From assembly GCA_977017575.1 (NCBI GenBank), contig CDRNVI010000021.1, forward strand, positions 558,001 to 622,000: a stretch of DNA of 64,000 bases, read 5' to 3'. The DNA comes from Paramoeba atlantica (lineage: Eukaryota; Protista; Discosea). Shown here piece by piece: positions 21,703 through 32,876 of this stretch. Within the stretch, counting starts at the first letter, position 1; the number at the start of each line of letters is the position of its first letter. Made by a program: the position numbers and the translations under genes. The notes beneath the pieces are model-generated. The model searched no databases, was not told the origin of the DNA, and saw nothing but the letters and a program-made list of their open reading frames with translations.

Positions 21703-22260
21703 ATGGCCTCCGAATCCCTCGGCCTCTCCCCCGAACCCTCCCCCTCTCCCCTCCGCGATAACTCACCCCCCTCCTCCCCCACCCTCCCCCCCGCATTACC
21801 CGGCACCACCACCACCACCGGCGCCAAAGTCGCGGCCAAAACCCGCGGCAAGGGCGGCAAAGCCAAGACCGGGAAATCCGCCGGCAAGACCAGCGGGAAG
21901 GTCCGCAAGCCCCCGCTGTCACGCTCCGCTCGGGCGGGGCTGCAGTTCCCCGTCGGCCGCATCCACCGTCGACTAAAACAGGACTTGCTCCGTCACCAGC
22001 GCTGTGGGACCAGTGCGGCGATCTACACCGCGGCGCTGGTGGAGTACCTCACCGCGGAGGTGCTGGAACTCGCCGGCAACGCGTGTATGGATCTAAAGGC
22101 GAAACGGATCACCCCGCGGCATATCCTCCTCGCGGTGCGCGGGGATGAGGAGCTGGACGCGGTGGTGCGGGGGACGATTCGTGGCGGGGGGGTGGTGCCG
22201 CAGCTGCACCGGATGCTGCTGAAGAAGAATAAGACGCCGAAGAAACAAAAGAGCGGCTGA
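21703..22260 (+). CDS. H2AZ: Histone variant H2A.Z with N-terminal extension
   Basis: [26 protein letters not shown] (kinetoplastid-like), [18 protein letters not shown]. Confidence 0.9.
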   Translation: MASESLGLSPEPSPSPLRDNSPPSSPTLPPALPGTTTTTGAKVAAKTRGKGGKAKTGKSAGKTSGKVRKPPLSRSARAGLQFPVGRIHRRLKQDLLRHQRCGTSAAIYTAALVEYLTAEVLELAGNACMDLKAKRITPRHILLAVRGDEELDAVVRGTIRGGGVVPQLHRMLLKKNKTPKKQKSG

Positions 22261-22627
22261 GAAAAGGGGGTGGGGGGGGGGGTAGAAGGGTAGGATTGTG
22301 TATACAGATACGTGTATGGTATGTGCTGTGTGTTTGATGCTTTTGGGTAATCAACATTTAGATTAGTTGTGCTCAGATTAGCGAAAGGTGTAGTTTTTTA
22401 TAGTTGTTTGAGGCGATCAATGATGCGCTGTTAAGTGCGTATTAAATTTTTTTCACATGCCTTTCTCGGCTATGGGGAGAGATTTTTTGCTCGGTAGTCT
22501 TACGTAATTTCTTTAGTTTAAGTACAGATTACATTTAATTAAAATATAAATATTTAAAATAGAATTCCGTCTTCTTTTATTCTTACTGCTTTGATTTCTA
22601 ATGACCTAGTGCCGCATAGAACAGAAA

Positions 22628-23137
22628 ATGTGTCTTAGCAAAGAAACACCGTCTGTGGTTGCGCAGGGATATCGCTCTTCTCATGGGTTTCGACCCCCTG
22701 CGCAACGCAAGGCACGAGATACGAGTCCTTCAAGCCACACCCCGCATTTTTCGAACAAATCTTCAACAAATCTAAGGAAATACTTTTCCCTTGTTGCTGA
22801 ATGGGCTTCAACAGTGTCTCAACATGCACCGGAGGATAATGTCTGTGTATCAAATGGAAATGTGGATCAGACGGAAGAGGTTGAAACCACAAGTGTAGCC
22901 GAAGAAAGGGAAGAGAATGACTCACTTCTCTTCTTGCAACAGTCCCTCTCTAAACACATGGCGAGAATGAATGAATGCGGGACGCCTCCCACATGGTCGC
23001 AGGTTGACACCAGTACGGATGATGTGGATTTTGCGCGACTTCCCCACTACCCATTCGCACACACCAGCAAACTTTTGAGAAGGACAGTACAACTCAAAAC
23101 CACGAATAGAAATAATCATTTTACGAGACGATGTTGA
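22628..23137 (+). CDS. Hypothetical protein (169 aa)
   Basis: ATG-initiated ORF on the cluster strand. No motif recognised. Confidence 0.45.
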   Translation: MCLSKETPSVVAQGYRSSHGFRPPAQRKARDTSPSSHTPHFSNKSSTNLRKYFSLVAEWASTVSQHAPEDNVCVSNGNVDQTEEVETTSVAEEREENDSLLFLQQSLSKHMARMNECGTPPTWSQVDTSTDDVDFARLPHYPFAHTSKLLRRTVQLKTTNRNNHFTRRC

Positions 23138-23544
23138 ATAAACATTGCGCCTACTATTTATAACTTTAGCTGGAAGCGAAACGGTGTTAAAGCTTTCGCC
23201 CACTACCCCATTGCAGCTTCATGATCGCTCTAATACCAAATCGGAAGTTTTATCGTTTCGCTGAATCGTGTGGAAGATGATGGGGAACGTTTGGGATTGT
23301 TTTTAAGTTATTTTACGAATAAGGTCTCCCCTTCGCTAGTAATCGCTCAACACTGGTACGGTATTTTTCTTACATATCGTATGCCGGGGTATTATACCTA
23401 CCCCGGTATGTATACATACCACTGTACGGGTATTGAGGCATTGTTTCAATGAATTCTGTATTAGATCATGGGAACAATTTAATAGAAGTAATGGATGTTA
23501 CAACACCTATGGTGTTGTTCCTCTGATGATCGCACTATTTTCGT

Positions 23545-24951
23545 ATGCAGTCTAGAATTCTTGCAATTTCATTTGACTTTTTCTTGCTGTGGTCAATGGA
23601 TGAAGACTGTTCATACAGCTTGTCAAAAAATTGGATCCTGTATAAAAATTACGTACCGTCATTCCCGCAAAACTCACCTTCAGATATCAATGGCATCTTT
23701 CCTATATCAACGATGCGTGATGTTGCCTCTGCAATTAAAGAAATGTCTCACGAAAAGGGTTGCAGTTACACGCTGATGTGGTCTTGGATGTGTTCATACA
23801 AAGATTTTGGAAAACGGATGCTCAATTTTTGTGAACAAACCTATGAAGGATCAGAGGAAGGCAGTACAGCAAACTATGCAGATGACCTCTTTTTGGGAAA
23901 GTTCATTATAGGCGACCAAGTGTCAGATCCCCTATTGCGCCACAAAATTCGGGTTCGTCTCTTTCTTTGCGTTGTGGGAGATGCCACATTGCCGTCACTG
24001 GGAATCGAGCATGCTTGTGGTCTTCGCTTTGGCCACACAAAAACGGAACTCCTAGTCGGCTCTCGCTTTCCTTTTGAAAATTCGCGTGCGGTATGCGGTT
24101 GGCTCAGCGATTTCACGCTTGCGAGCACTCACTTTGAACAGTTGCAAGGAAGACATGAAAAATCTTTGTTGGAAAGAAAGGCATCTGACAAACGTGATTT
24201 TACCTCAAACTTGGATCTAAAATATCAAAATTATTGGGCCGTCGGAGAATCAAAAACAAATCTCGTAGAGAAGAGTCTTTTTGTGAAAGGCTCAACTTAT
24301 GCTGCTTCACCACATGACCCTGGTAATGTCGATAAATTTTACGATAAGAATTCTAGAATGCATGCAGATAAAATCCAGGCGGATGATAAAATTTGGAAGA
24401 AAGGCTTTCGTATAGAATCTCTTCTAAGAGGTAATAGGGAAGAATCGGACTCCGTCGCTAAGGTGCATTCTACTGCGCGCAGCGAACTCGCCGCATCATT
24501 CATGCAAAATAAAAACTCGAAGTTGCCTTCAATAAAGGAGAACTCGGAACTTCATAGAGAATCAGGGCAAGCGGATGTTATAAATATTGTGAAAACAGTT
24601 CCTCCTCAAATACCATGTGAAAAGAGGCGAACTAAGGGGAATTGCTCTGCTCCTACAGAATCTACGAATTCGGCGACAGGAAATAAACGAATTTTTATGC
24701 CCGAAATTCCTTGCGAGAAAAAGAATTTTGCAGCACCAGCGACGCGAAAGGTAAGAAAAACGAAAAATGAGAATTATTCAAGTACTTTCGGAGAGATTTT
24801 TCGAAGATATCTTTCTTTGTCCACATGGATAAGGAGAGAGCTCTGGGAACTTTCACTGGCATTTCTCTTAATTGTCATAACAGTTTTGTACTTTACGGGG
24901 TCAAAGATCGTCGAGCTAATTTCTCTATTTATTGGAGACGTCGAGTGGTAA
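23545..24951 (+). CDS. Hypothetical protein with a C-terminal hydrophobic (tail-anchor-like) segment
   Basis: 468-aa ORF ending ...LWELSLAFLLIVITVLYFTG... Confidence 0.6.
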   Translation: MQSRILAISFDFFLLWSMDEDCSYSLSKNWILYKNYVPSFPQNSPSDINGIFPISTMRDVASAIKEMSHEKGCSYTLMWSWMCSYKDFGKRMLNFCEQTYEGSEEGSTANYADDLFLGKFIIGDQVSDPLLRHKIRVRLFLCVVGDATLPSLGIEHACGLRFGHTKTELLVGSRFPFENSRAVCGWLSDFTLASTHFEQLQGRHEKSLLERKASDKRDFTSNLDLKYQNYWAVGESKTNLVEKSLFVKGSTYAASPHDPGNVDKFYDKNSRMHADKIQADDKIWKKGFRIESLLRGNREESDSVAKVHSTARSELAASFMQNKNSKLPSIKENSELHRESGQADVINIVKTVPPQIPCEKRRTKGNCSAPTESTNSATGNKRIFMPEIPCEKKNFAAPATRKVRKTKNENYSSTFGEIFRRYLSLSTWIRRELWELSLAFLLIVITVLYFTGSKIVELISLFIGDVEW

Positions 24952-25163
24952 CATGGCTTTTAACACTTCGTTCAAAACGTCTTTTTTTGAAATTGGTCTC
25001 AAAACTTGACCAAATATTTACATTCCTGCTGAATTATGTGTATGTACATAGTTGGCATTAATCCACTCGTATGTTTCCTGCGAGTTGCACGGTACAAGTA
25101 CCAGTACAAATATTTTTGTATATACATTATTTATTATCGGCAATTGTACATGGTTTATTGGTA

Positions 25164-25340
25164 CTGTCCCCCTCCCCTTAAGCGCACCCGGTCAGACCCC
25201 CCGTTTAAGCGCACATAGAGTTGAGGTGAAGTCTCCGGCGCCGCTAAGCGGCGCCAATGTTTTTTTATGTACTGATTCAGACCCCCTCGTTGAAGCGCAC
25301 ATTTCACGGAAAACGAGGTGCGCTTAAACAGGGGGGACCG
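25164..25340. mobile_element. 177-bp MITE, TA-flanked
   Basis: Ends are TA-CTGTCCCCC and GGGGGACCG-TA, with internal TAAGCGCAC repeats. An inverted homologous copy lies at 54852-55031. Confidence 0.8.
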
Positions 25341-25517
25341 TATATCTACATCTATCAATAGAGTTGAGCCTACTTTGCCATAATACTTTGAGCCATAATA
25401 AATAAGAGTACGAAATAGTAATGATAAAAAGGTTTTATATCGCTTATTATCGTTTTATATCGCTTTATAGCCACTTTTGTATCCGGGTTATTCATTTTGC
25501 GTCGACATACAATATTA

Positions 25518-28500
25518 ATGAAAGGCGCATCCAGTATATCGAGTACGCGCGTAGAGAAATTGCGTTCCATTGAAAAGGCATCTCAAGAACTCTGGTCGAA
25601 AGAAAAAGTCTTCGAAGCAGACGCCCCATCGAACTTCGAGAAGAACGAAAACAAGTATTTTGTGACATTTCCTTATCCGTATATGAATGGTTTGCTTCAT
25701 TTGGGACACGCTTTCTCCTTATCTAAGTCAGAGTTCGCGGCCGGTTTTGCTCGCATGAAAGGCAAGCACGTATTATGGCCATTTGGTCTTCATGCCACAG
25801 GAATGCCCATTGCTGCCTGCGCAAAGAAACTTGAAAATGAAATTGAAAATTTTGGCAATCCTCCGATATTTCCGAGTGAAGAGACAGTGGAGAAAGCGGA
25901 TTCGAAACCCCTATCTGGCTCCGAGATCGTTGCATTCAAAAGTAAGAAAGGAAAAAAAGGTCCTGCGGCGAAGCCACAGTGGACTATCCTGGAGGAGATG
26001 AAGTGCGATAATATTTCTGAATTTAGAGACCCGGAACATTGGCTAAAAGTCTTTCCTCCACGGGCTCTTGAAGATCTCAAGGCATTTGGTGCTCGCATTG
26101 ACTACCGCCGTTCATTTATCACAACGAGTTTGAACCCTTACTATGACGGTTTTGTTCGTTGGCAATTCGACATACTAAAAAGGGGCAAAAAAATAGCCTT
26201 CGGTAAGCGCTATACCGTATTTTCACCCCTTGACGAACAGCCGTGCCAAGATCACGATCGTGCCTCAGGAGAAGGAGTTCTTCCTCAAGAATACACCTTA
26301 ATAAAGCTTCAAGTTGCCGATCCCTCTTCGCATCCAGCGATTTCTCGTTTTGCAGCGCTCATTGGCTTTCGCTCCGTCATTTTTCCTGCAGCCACACTTC
26401 GCCCTGAAACAATGCCTGGGCTTACGAATTGTTGGGTATCCCCAAGCATAAACTACAGCGCGTATCTTGTCCAAAACGAAATTTTTATTATGACAAAGCG
26501 CAGCGCAAGAAACCTGCGTTATCAAATGCAAGGCATGGGATCAGATTCTCTTTTTGAAGTCTCCGGACAGGATCTCGTGGGCACACGACTGCTAACACCC
26601 ATGGGACCATATGCGTCCGTGTACGCGCTGCCGATGGACACCATTTCCGAATCCAAGGGAACCGCAATCGTGGTGTCTGTGCCCTCCGACAGTCCTGATG
26701 ACTTTATTAATCTACAAGCGCTGAAACGAAAGCCGGATTATCGATTTAAGCTTGGACTTAACGATGAGTGGATTATGAATTTCAACCCCGTGGCGATTAT
26801 CCAGGTTCCGAACAGCGAACTTGGGGAAAACTCAGCAGAGGTGGCGTGCGCTATCCACCAAGTCAGTGGACCAAAAGACGCGGAGAAGCTTTTAGCCGCG
26901 AAGCAAATGACCTATCGTGAAGGTTTCTATCGAGGGGTTATGATCACAGGCCCGTACTGTGGCAAACCGGTGAGCGCGGCTAAAATGCTGGCGAAGAAAG
27001 AGATGACAGAAAGTGGCCAGGCACTTGCGTACTCCGAGCCCGACGGGTTGGTCATCTCCCGTAGTGGAGACGAATGCGTGGTGGCGCTGGTCGACCAGTG
27101 GTATCTCCGGTACGGGGAGGAGAGTTGGAGAGAAGCTGTAGAACGCCATGTCGCGCAAACAATGGAATGTTACAGCCCGGCAGTGCGAAATGGTCTCTGT
27201 GAGACGCTGTCGTGGTTGGGAGATTGGGCGTGTAGCCGAACTTTTGGTCTGGGCTCGCGACTGCCGTACGCGGGGGCTGAGAGGTATCTCGTGGATTCTC
27301 TTTCGGACAGCACTATTTATATGGCGTATTATACCATATGCCACTTGTTGCATGGGGAGGATAACATCGATGGATCACGTCCTTCTCCAGATTATGGCAT
27401 TGAGGCGTCGTCCATGACGAACGAGGTATGGAATTACATTTTCTTTGGAGAATTCGAGCCTGTTGAATGTGGAATTCCAAGTTCACTCCTACGTCGCATG
27501 AGAAGAGAATTTCTTTACTGGTATCCTGTAGATTTGCGAGTCAGTGGTAAAGATTTAATTCAGAATCACTTAACTATGTGCCTTTATAATCACGCCGCTG
27601 TCTGGCCCACCAAACCAGAGTTATGGCCTCGGGCATATTATTGTAACGGTCACATCCTTGTCAACAAAGAAAAGATGAGCAAATCAAAAGGTAACTTTAG
27701 GACCCTAAAGGAAACTGTTGATCAGTACACTTCTGATGCTGCGCGACTGGCTTTGGCCGACGCGGGTGATTCGTTGGATGATCCTAACTTTGTTACCAAC
27801 AATTTACCTTCTATAATTTCGAAATTGGGCCAGATTATCGATTTCTGTGAGGACTTTGTCAGTTCCAGGCAGAAGATGCGCGACGGCAAAAGGAACCTTT
27901 TTGATAAAATATTTGACAATCACATATCGCACTCGATAGTAGAATGTGAGAAGGCGTATACGAATATGCAGTTTCGAAACGTGTTACATTGCATGTTTTT
28001 TGATCTGACGAACGCACGTGATGAATGGAAATTATACTGCGGAGCTGAGGGACTTCATCATGACATTGCTCGCAGATATGTGGAAGTTCAGGCCAAACTA
28101 TTATGCCCTATAGCCCCCCATACGGCAGAGCATATATACCAAAACTGTGTTGAGGTATATCCCGGGAAGCTCCCATCAATTCAGTCTTTTGGAGTACAAT
28201 GGCCCGATGCCCCCAAAGTCAGTCTGGCATTGCAACTGACTCAGAAACTACTGCAGGATACTTTGTGTGATATTCGAGGGAATTTAGTGAAAGCGGTAAA
28301 GAAGCGTCCAAAAATCAATGCCGTTCGTATATTCGCTTCCTCGTGTTACACTTCCTGGCAGCGGCATGCTCTTACTGTAGTATCAAAGGAAAAAGGTGTT
28401 ACACAGGGAATTTTTGCTGTTGATGGAGATGTCGCAAAACTATATGCCAGTCCCCTTAAAAACCATGCCGAAACATCTAAGTACGTAGCAGATGCACTCT

Positions 28501-28733
28501 CGTTCCTAGCGTATGTTAGGGATAATAGTATTTTACATGAAGTAGAGAAGCTTTATCCTGCGGTAAACGATTACGCAACCCTACTAGAACAGCGTGGATT
28601 TTTGGAGGAATTTACCTCAGTATCGCACATTGATATTGTCGATCGTGATGTGGTAGAAAATGATAATGTACATTTCGCTACAGCGCAAAAGTGTCGTACT
28701 TCGAAGCCGAGCATCTGCTTTTTTGAAAACTAG
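25518..28733 (+). CDS. LARS: Leucyl-tRNA synthetase (eukaryotic cytosolic type)
   Basis: FPYPYMNGLLHLGH (HIGH motif), CP1 editing motif ATLRPET, and KMSKS motif. Confidence 0.95.
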   Translation: MKGASSISSTRVEKLRSIEKASQELWSKEKVFEADAPSNFEKNENKYFVTFPYPYMNGLLHLGHAFSLSKSEFAAGFARMKGKHVLWPFGLHATGMPIAACAKKLENEIENFGNPPIFPSEETVEKADSKPLSGSEIVAFKSKKGKKGPAAKPQWTILEEMKCDNISEFRDPEHWLKVFPPRALEDLKAFGARIDYRRSFITTSLNPYYDGFVRWQFDILKRGKKIAFGKRYTVFSPLDEQPCQDHDRASGEGVLPQEYTLIKLQVADPSSHPAISRFAALIGFRSVIFPAATLRPETMPGLTNCWVSPSINYSAYLVQNEIFIMTKRSARNLRYQMQGMGSDSLFEVSGQDLVGTRLLTPMGPYASVYALPMDTISESKGTAIVVSVPSDSPDDFINLQALKRKPDYRFKLGLNDEWIMNFNPVAIIQVPNSELGENSAEVACAIHQVSGPKDAEKLLAAKQMTYREGFYRGVMITGPYCGKPVSAAKMLAKKEMTESGQALAYSEPDGLVISRSGDECVVALVDQWYLRYGEESWREAVERHVAQTMECYSPAVRNGLCETLSWLGDWACSRTFGLGSRLPYAGAERYLVDSLSDSTIYMAYYTICHLLHGEDNIDGSRPSPDYGIEASSMTNEVWNYIFFGEFEPVECGIPSSLLRRMRREFLYWYPVDLRVSGKDLIQNHLTMCLYNHAAVWPTKPELWPRAYYCNGHILVNKEKMSKSKGNFRTLKETVDQYTSDAARLALADAGDSLDDPNFVTNNLPSIISKLGQIIDFCEDFVSSRQKMRDGKRNLFDKIFDNHISHSIVECEKAYTNMQFRNVLHCMFFDLTNARDEWKLYCGAEGLHHDIARRYVEVQAKLLCPIAPHTAEHIYQNCVEVYPGKLPSIQSFGVQWPDAPKVSLALQLTQKLLQDTLCDIRGNLVKAVKKRPKINAVRIFASSCYTSWQRHALTVVSKEKGVTQGIFAVDGDVAKLYASPLKNHAETSKYVADALSFLAYVRDNSILHEVEKLYPAVNDYATLLEQRGFLEEFTSVSHIDIVDRDVVENDNVHFATAQKCRTSKPSICFFEN

Positions 28734-29328
28734 TAGAAGAGAAGATTTCTTAACAAAAGAGATCTCTGTACTGATCTTTAATCATTATCGTGAAGTGGGC
28801 TTCTGAATAACGTGTTAAGAACGGAAGGATCATTTTCATCAAATTTTACATGAATTATGTTGTTGTTTTCAATAGAGTCTTGTATTTTTTTACAGCTGTT
28901 TGATTATCGCCTTAAACATCAATAACCCATTTATAACTAAATAAGTTTAATTATAAACTTATTTAACAAGTGTAATTCTTTGACATCGACCGAATTTCAC
29001 GTTTTACATTCTCACGAAATATCTCTAATATATACGAGTTAGCTTATTAAATGTGGTATGGAATTCAAGAACTGTGTGAAACGCTCGTACTCACAATCTC
29101 CTCTTTAGATGGGTGATAGACTTACATACATAATTGCATGGCATATCATGCATTAATTAAATGAAGATGTGAATTATACGTGAATTATATTTTCAAAACG
29201 ATTAAGATCAATGAACGAAGGATGGGAGTGGTACGTTACATTCTATACTCAGCTACTTTAGTATTATTCTTTTTCTACATGTGTGCACTCGGATAAGATT
29301 CTATGGGCCGCGCCATTACAGAAATAAA

Positions 29329-30024
29329 ATGGACAACGTGATCACACATACTCTTATTGGAGCCGAGTCCGGCGAGGTCTTGTGCGAGACTTCAGCGACG
29401 AGCGATATGCATGGGACTTCCGCTTTATCTTATTCCCAATTATTACGTTCCCTCCCGCACTCGGAATATCGCAACAGTGGGACATGGAACGGTCAGTGTT
29501 ATCATTACCTACATGAGCAAGGCCTTTTTTACCTCTGCATCAGCGGACCTCAAGTCCCTCTCCGCGTTGTGTTCGGCTTTCTTGAGGACATCTCATGTCG
29601 CTACCGTGCGCACTGCGCAGTGTTAAGTCGTGGGCCCATCTCGTCTTTTACGCCATCTGCTCCTCTTATGCGACATAGTCTTCTTTTTTTGCCCACACTG
29701 AAGCAACAACTTCATCACTTCAATGACCCTCGAACGGATCGTCTCACAAGTGTGAAGAAACAAATCGATGAGGTTAAAAATGTAATGCTTGAAAATATTG
29801 ACGCTGTTTTGAGTCGTGGGGAGAACATCGACACGCTCATGGATCGCACAAGTGAGCTCAAAGTTAGAGCTGAAAATTTTCAGCATGGTTCTAAAACACT
29901 GAGTAGCAAAATGTGGTGGAACAATGTGCGAATGGTTGCTACAGGGTGTTTAGCTGTTGGTTTCATTTTTTTGCTTCTTCTTATGATGATGTGTGATCCA
30001 AATTTTGAGAAATGTAGAAGATAA
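29329..30024 (+). CDS. VAMP7-like longin R-SNARE
   Basis: Longin domain, SNARE motif (VKNVMLENIDAVLSRGENIDTLMDRT) and a C-terminal TM helix. Confidence 0.85.
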   Translation: MDNVITHTLIGAESGEVLCETSATSDMHGTSALSYSQLLRSLPHSEYRNSGTWNGQCYHYLHEQGLFYLCISGPQVPLRVVFGFLEDISCRYRAHCAVLSRGPISSFTPSAPLMRHSLLFLPTLKQQLHHFNDPRTDRLTSVKKQIDEVKNVMLENIDAVLSRGENIDTLMDRTSELKVRAENFQHGSKTLSSKMWWNNVRMVATGCLAVGFIFLLLLMMMCDPNFEKCRR

Positions 30025-30175
30025 TAGCAAGTGAGAGAATGCATGTACTAATATTTGATTGATTTTATCTTCGTTCTCTAAAGCTCGCACTAGCGTACTG
30101 CAGGGTGTCATAGAGCTCTATTTAGCTCCATGTTGTAGGGTAAATCTTTCGTTGTTTTGGCATTTCACTCAAAGT

Positions 30176-31471
30176 ATGTGCTCTAATCCTGAGACCCGTT
30201 GTCTCTCAGTTGCATCTTCAAATCACGAAGCTAAGCGGATTAATCCTTTGATGTATAGGACACCAACCGAATTCGGCGTGTACAAAAGGTTGTCGTCCTT
30301 TATCGAAATGTCTGAGGACCTGACCGTTCAAGACAAAGATGAGCACGATCAATTTACCCTAAAAACCGATAGCTCAGGCGCAGTTCAACTTTTATCTGAA
30401 GAGCGCTTACTCGGCTGGATGCACGACATGTTGCATAGAGATCCCCTTTTATGTGACTCTCTATGCATGAAACCTATTAAACATCAAGTCACTTCTGCAA
30501 ACATCGCTGAGATGGTCGCTTCTGTTGCAAGCAAAGTAGAAAATTCTGAAGCCCGGGCCCTTATGTCTCACTCCGGATATTTCATGGTACTTCTTGCTTT
30601 TCAACGACTCAAGCAACTTCACGATTCCATCATTGCGGAGGGTCCTACACGTCAGCCATCCTCTAACGCAATAAACAATAACTCTGATGTTATCGCTAAT
30701 GACAATACGGACGCAGCAAAAGCTTCTCTCTCGTGGAACGAATTATGTGAAGCCGCAGGACTCTCCGTAGATTATCAGGACCAGGAGATTCAGAGTGAGG
30801 AGGTGAATCCGGTGTACCGACTCCCACCAGAAAGACAGCTTCTTAGTGAAATGTCTTCCAGGAAAAAGCGGAGACGGCAAGAGAGCTCCGTGCTATATGC
30901 CTCTTCACTCACTCGCTTAGAAGTACCCCCGCCTTGGGCATACATTACTAATGAAAAAGGAACTGTTCTCCTGGAATTTCGCGCATATGCTGTGCTAGGT
31001 AGGAAAGAAGAAAGAAAAGAAATATTGGCTGCGCAAACCTCGAAAAATTGTTCTCCCACACATGAATCTTCTAGCAGGCATTCTCCGGAGAAAGCAGAAA
31101 ATAATGACACAATAAAATCAAAAAATGTGATAAAAAATGACCAGCCACTCCAAGGGCAATATACCTCTCAAGTGAATGAGCGGGCTCTTGATCTTTCATC
31201 TTCCTATTCTGTGCCCTTCCTAAATCTTGCTTTACACAACCCTACTAAATCTTCGCGTAAGGTGAGCCGAATGCATGCCGCTGTCTTTTGGAATAACAAG
31301 TCGTACCACGTCATTGTTTATGGAAAATATCCTGTGTTTATCTCATCTAAGCCGGGCCAACAAACGTTTACACATCTGGGGTACAACCAAACACCTTCTC
31401 TGTCAAGCGGTTCTACTATACAAATTCAAGATTCACGCCTTGTACTTCGCCATAATTCAGTGGTATTATAG
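30176..31471 (+). CDS. Protein with a probable C-terminal FHA domain
   Basis: YAVLGR...VSRMHAAVFWN...VIVYGKYPVFI...LSSGSTIQI fits FHA motifs, with a long insert. Confidence 0.55.
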   Translation: MCSNPETRCLSVASSNHEAKRINPLMYRTPTEFGVYKRLSSFIEMSEDLTVQDKDEHDQFTLKTDSSGAVQLLSEERLLGWMHDMLHRDPLLCDSLCMKPIKHQVTSANIAEMVASVASKVENSEARALMSHSGYFMVLLAFQRLKQLHDSIIAEGPTRQPSSNAINNNSDVIANDNTDAAKASLSWNELCEAAGLSVDYQDQEIQSEEVNPVYRLPPERQLLSEMSSRKKRRRQESSVLYASSLTRLEVPPPWAYITNEKGTVLLEFRAYAVLGRKEERKEILAAQTSKNCSPTHESSSRHSPEKAENNDTIKSKNVIKNDQPLQGQYTSQVNERALDLSSSYSVPFLNLALHNPTKSSRKVSRMHAAVFWNNKSYHVIVYGKYPVFISSKPGQQTFTHLGYNQTPSLSSGSTIQIQDSRLVLRHNSVVL

Positions 31472-31916
31472 GATTAAGTACTACTATTACTAAGTAATGA
31501 TAAAGTAGTAAATAGCCCTCCTAATCTTTCCGAACTGCGATAAGTGGCACTGTTGCACTAGGACCCCTTTTTACGTTTCATATTATTGATTTTTCTTTCT
31601 CTCTATACTGTTTTTGTTGCTTATAGCGTCTTTTGTTCGAATCTCGAGTAAGAGAAACTACTAGTTGGAGAAATACAACCACCTTTTTAGACCCAAACAA
31701 ACAGTACTTTAATCACATACATAGTACCGGGAAAACGAGGGAACGGGGGTGTCGTTTAGGTTAATTTCAACCTTCATACTTGCAGTTAGAGAACCTGATT
31801 ATTAGAGTCGAAAAGATATCTGATTATTAGAGTCGAAAAGAAAATTCCGTTTTCTTAACAATTTGTCTCCTGATTTCTTGACTTCTGTTTTCTAAACATA
31901 CGATATACACATTTTA

Positions 31917-32822
31917 ATGCACACAACGACACGGATTCTTTTTCATGATGTTTGTCAACCTGCCCGCAAAAGATTAAAAACGAATCACACGGTACAGAGT
32001 GATACAGAGGCTGGTACCGCAGCACCGAGTACGTCTGTCTCTCTTAGAAAAACGCTTAAACCCGATTATGCTCCTCGAGGAAGAGTTCGTGGAACAAGCC
32101 TGCCTCCAGAGTATGAGCTTACAAGATTTATTCAAAATATCAGCAACAGGCACAGTTCATGGAATACGACTTTTTCCGCTTGTGAATGGACAGGTGTGGA
32201 GTGCAGTGCGCAAGCACTAGTTGCGAAAATTGAGTGGGGATTCTTTGGTATAAGAGGAATCCCTTCATGGAATTATTTGCCTACTTCCCTTGTTGTTCTG
32301 CAGATTCATGGAAATAATTTATCTGGAGAAGTGCCACTTAGCTATCTGCCAGAGCAACTAACACAATTTGAAATGTCACGCAATGCTTTTGTGGGTGAAA
32401 TTAACCTGAGTGAACTACCCGCTCACCTTAAGGTCTTGAAAGGTTTTCAGAATCGATTCAAATGTAGCATCAACTTAGATCAGCTACCTGAAACAATGTC
32501 GGTACTTAACTTGGCACACAATCAACTGTTTGGTGAAATTAGCCTTTGTCAGTTACCAGATTCTCTGACAGAGCTTAACCTCAGTCGCAATACTCTGGAA
32601 GGAATGCTAGATTTGAGACAACTATCTGATGGATTGAGAGTTTTTGATTTGAACAGAAATTTGTTTTCGGGTCAATCATATTTTGATGCACTTCCACAAA
32701 ATCTGACGCACTTAAATCTTTCCAACAATGAGGAACTGCGTGGTAGAATGTACGAATCTCTACTTCCTTGTTCCTTAACGGGTGTTTTGGTACATGGGAC
32801 GCGAATAAAGAAACTGCAGTAA
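31917..32822 (+). CDS. Leucine-rich repeat protein (paralog 2)
   Basis: CEWTGVEC cap and about 7 LRRs. Confidence 0.85.
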   Translation: MHTTTRILFHDVCQPARKRLKTNHTVQSDTEAGTAAPSTSVSLRKTLKPDYAPRGRVRGTSLPPEYELTRFIQNISNRHSSWNTTFSACEWTGVECSAQALVAKIEWGFFGIRGIPSWNYLPTSLVVLQIHGNNLSGEVPLSYLPEQLTQFEMSRNAFVGEINLSELPAHLKVLKGFQNRFKCSINLDQLPETMSVLNLAHNQLFGEISLCQLPDSLTELNLSRNTLEGMLDLRQLSDGLRVFDLNRNLFSGQSYFDALPQNLTHLNLSNNEELRGRMYESLLPCSLTGVLVHGTRIKKLQ

Positions 32823-32876
32823 CGTAGTTTAAGATACAGACTCTTTTACTTTAAACAAAAATATAGAGGTTACTTC

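Noticed and set aside
32831-32841. AAGATACAG matches (also ~17136) as additional SL relics
   Set aside because: Only 9-10 bp and lacking the TTTCTGTAC core, so expected by chance in AT-rich DNA.
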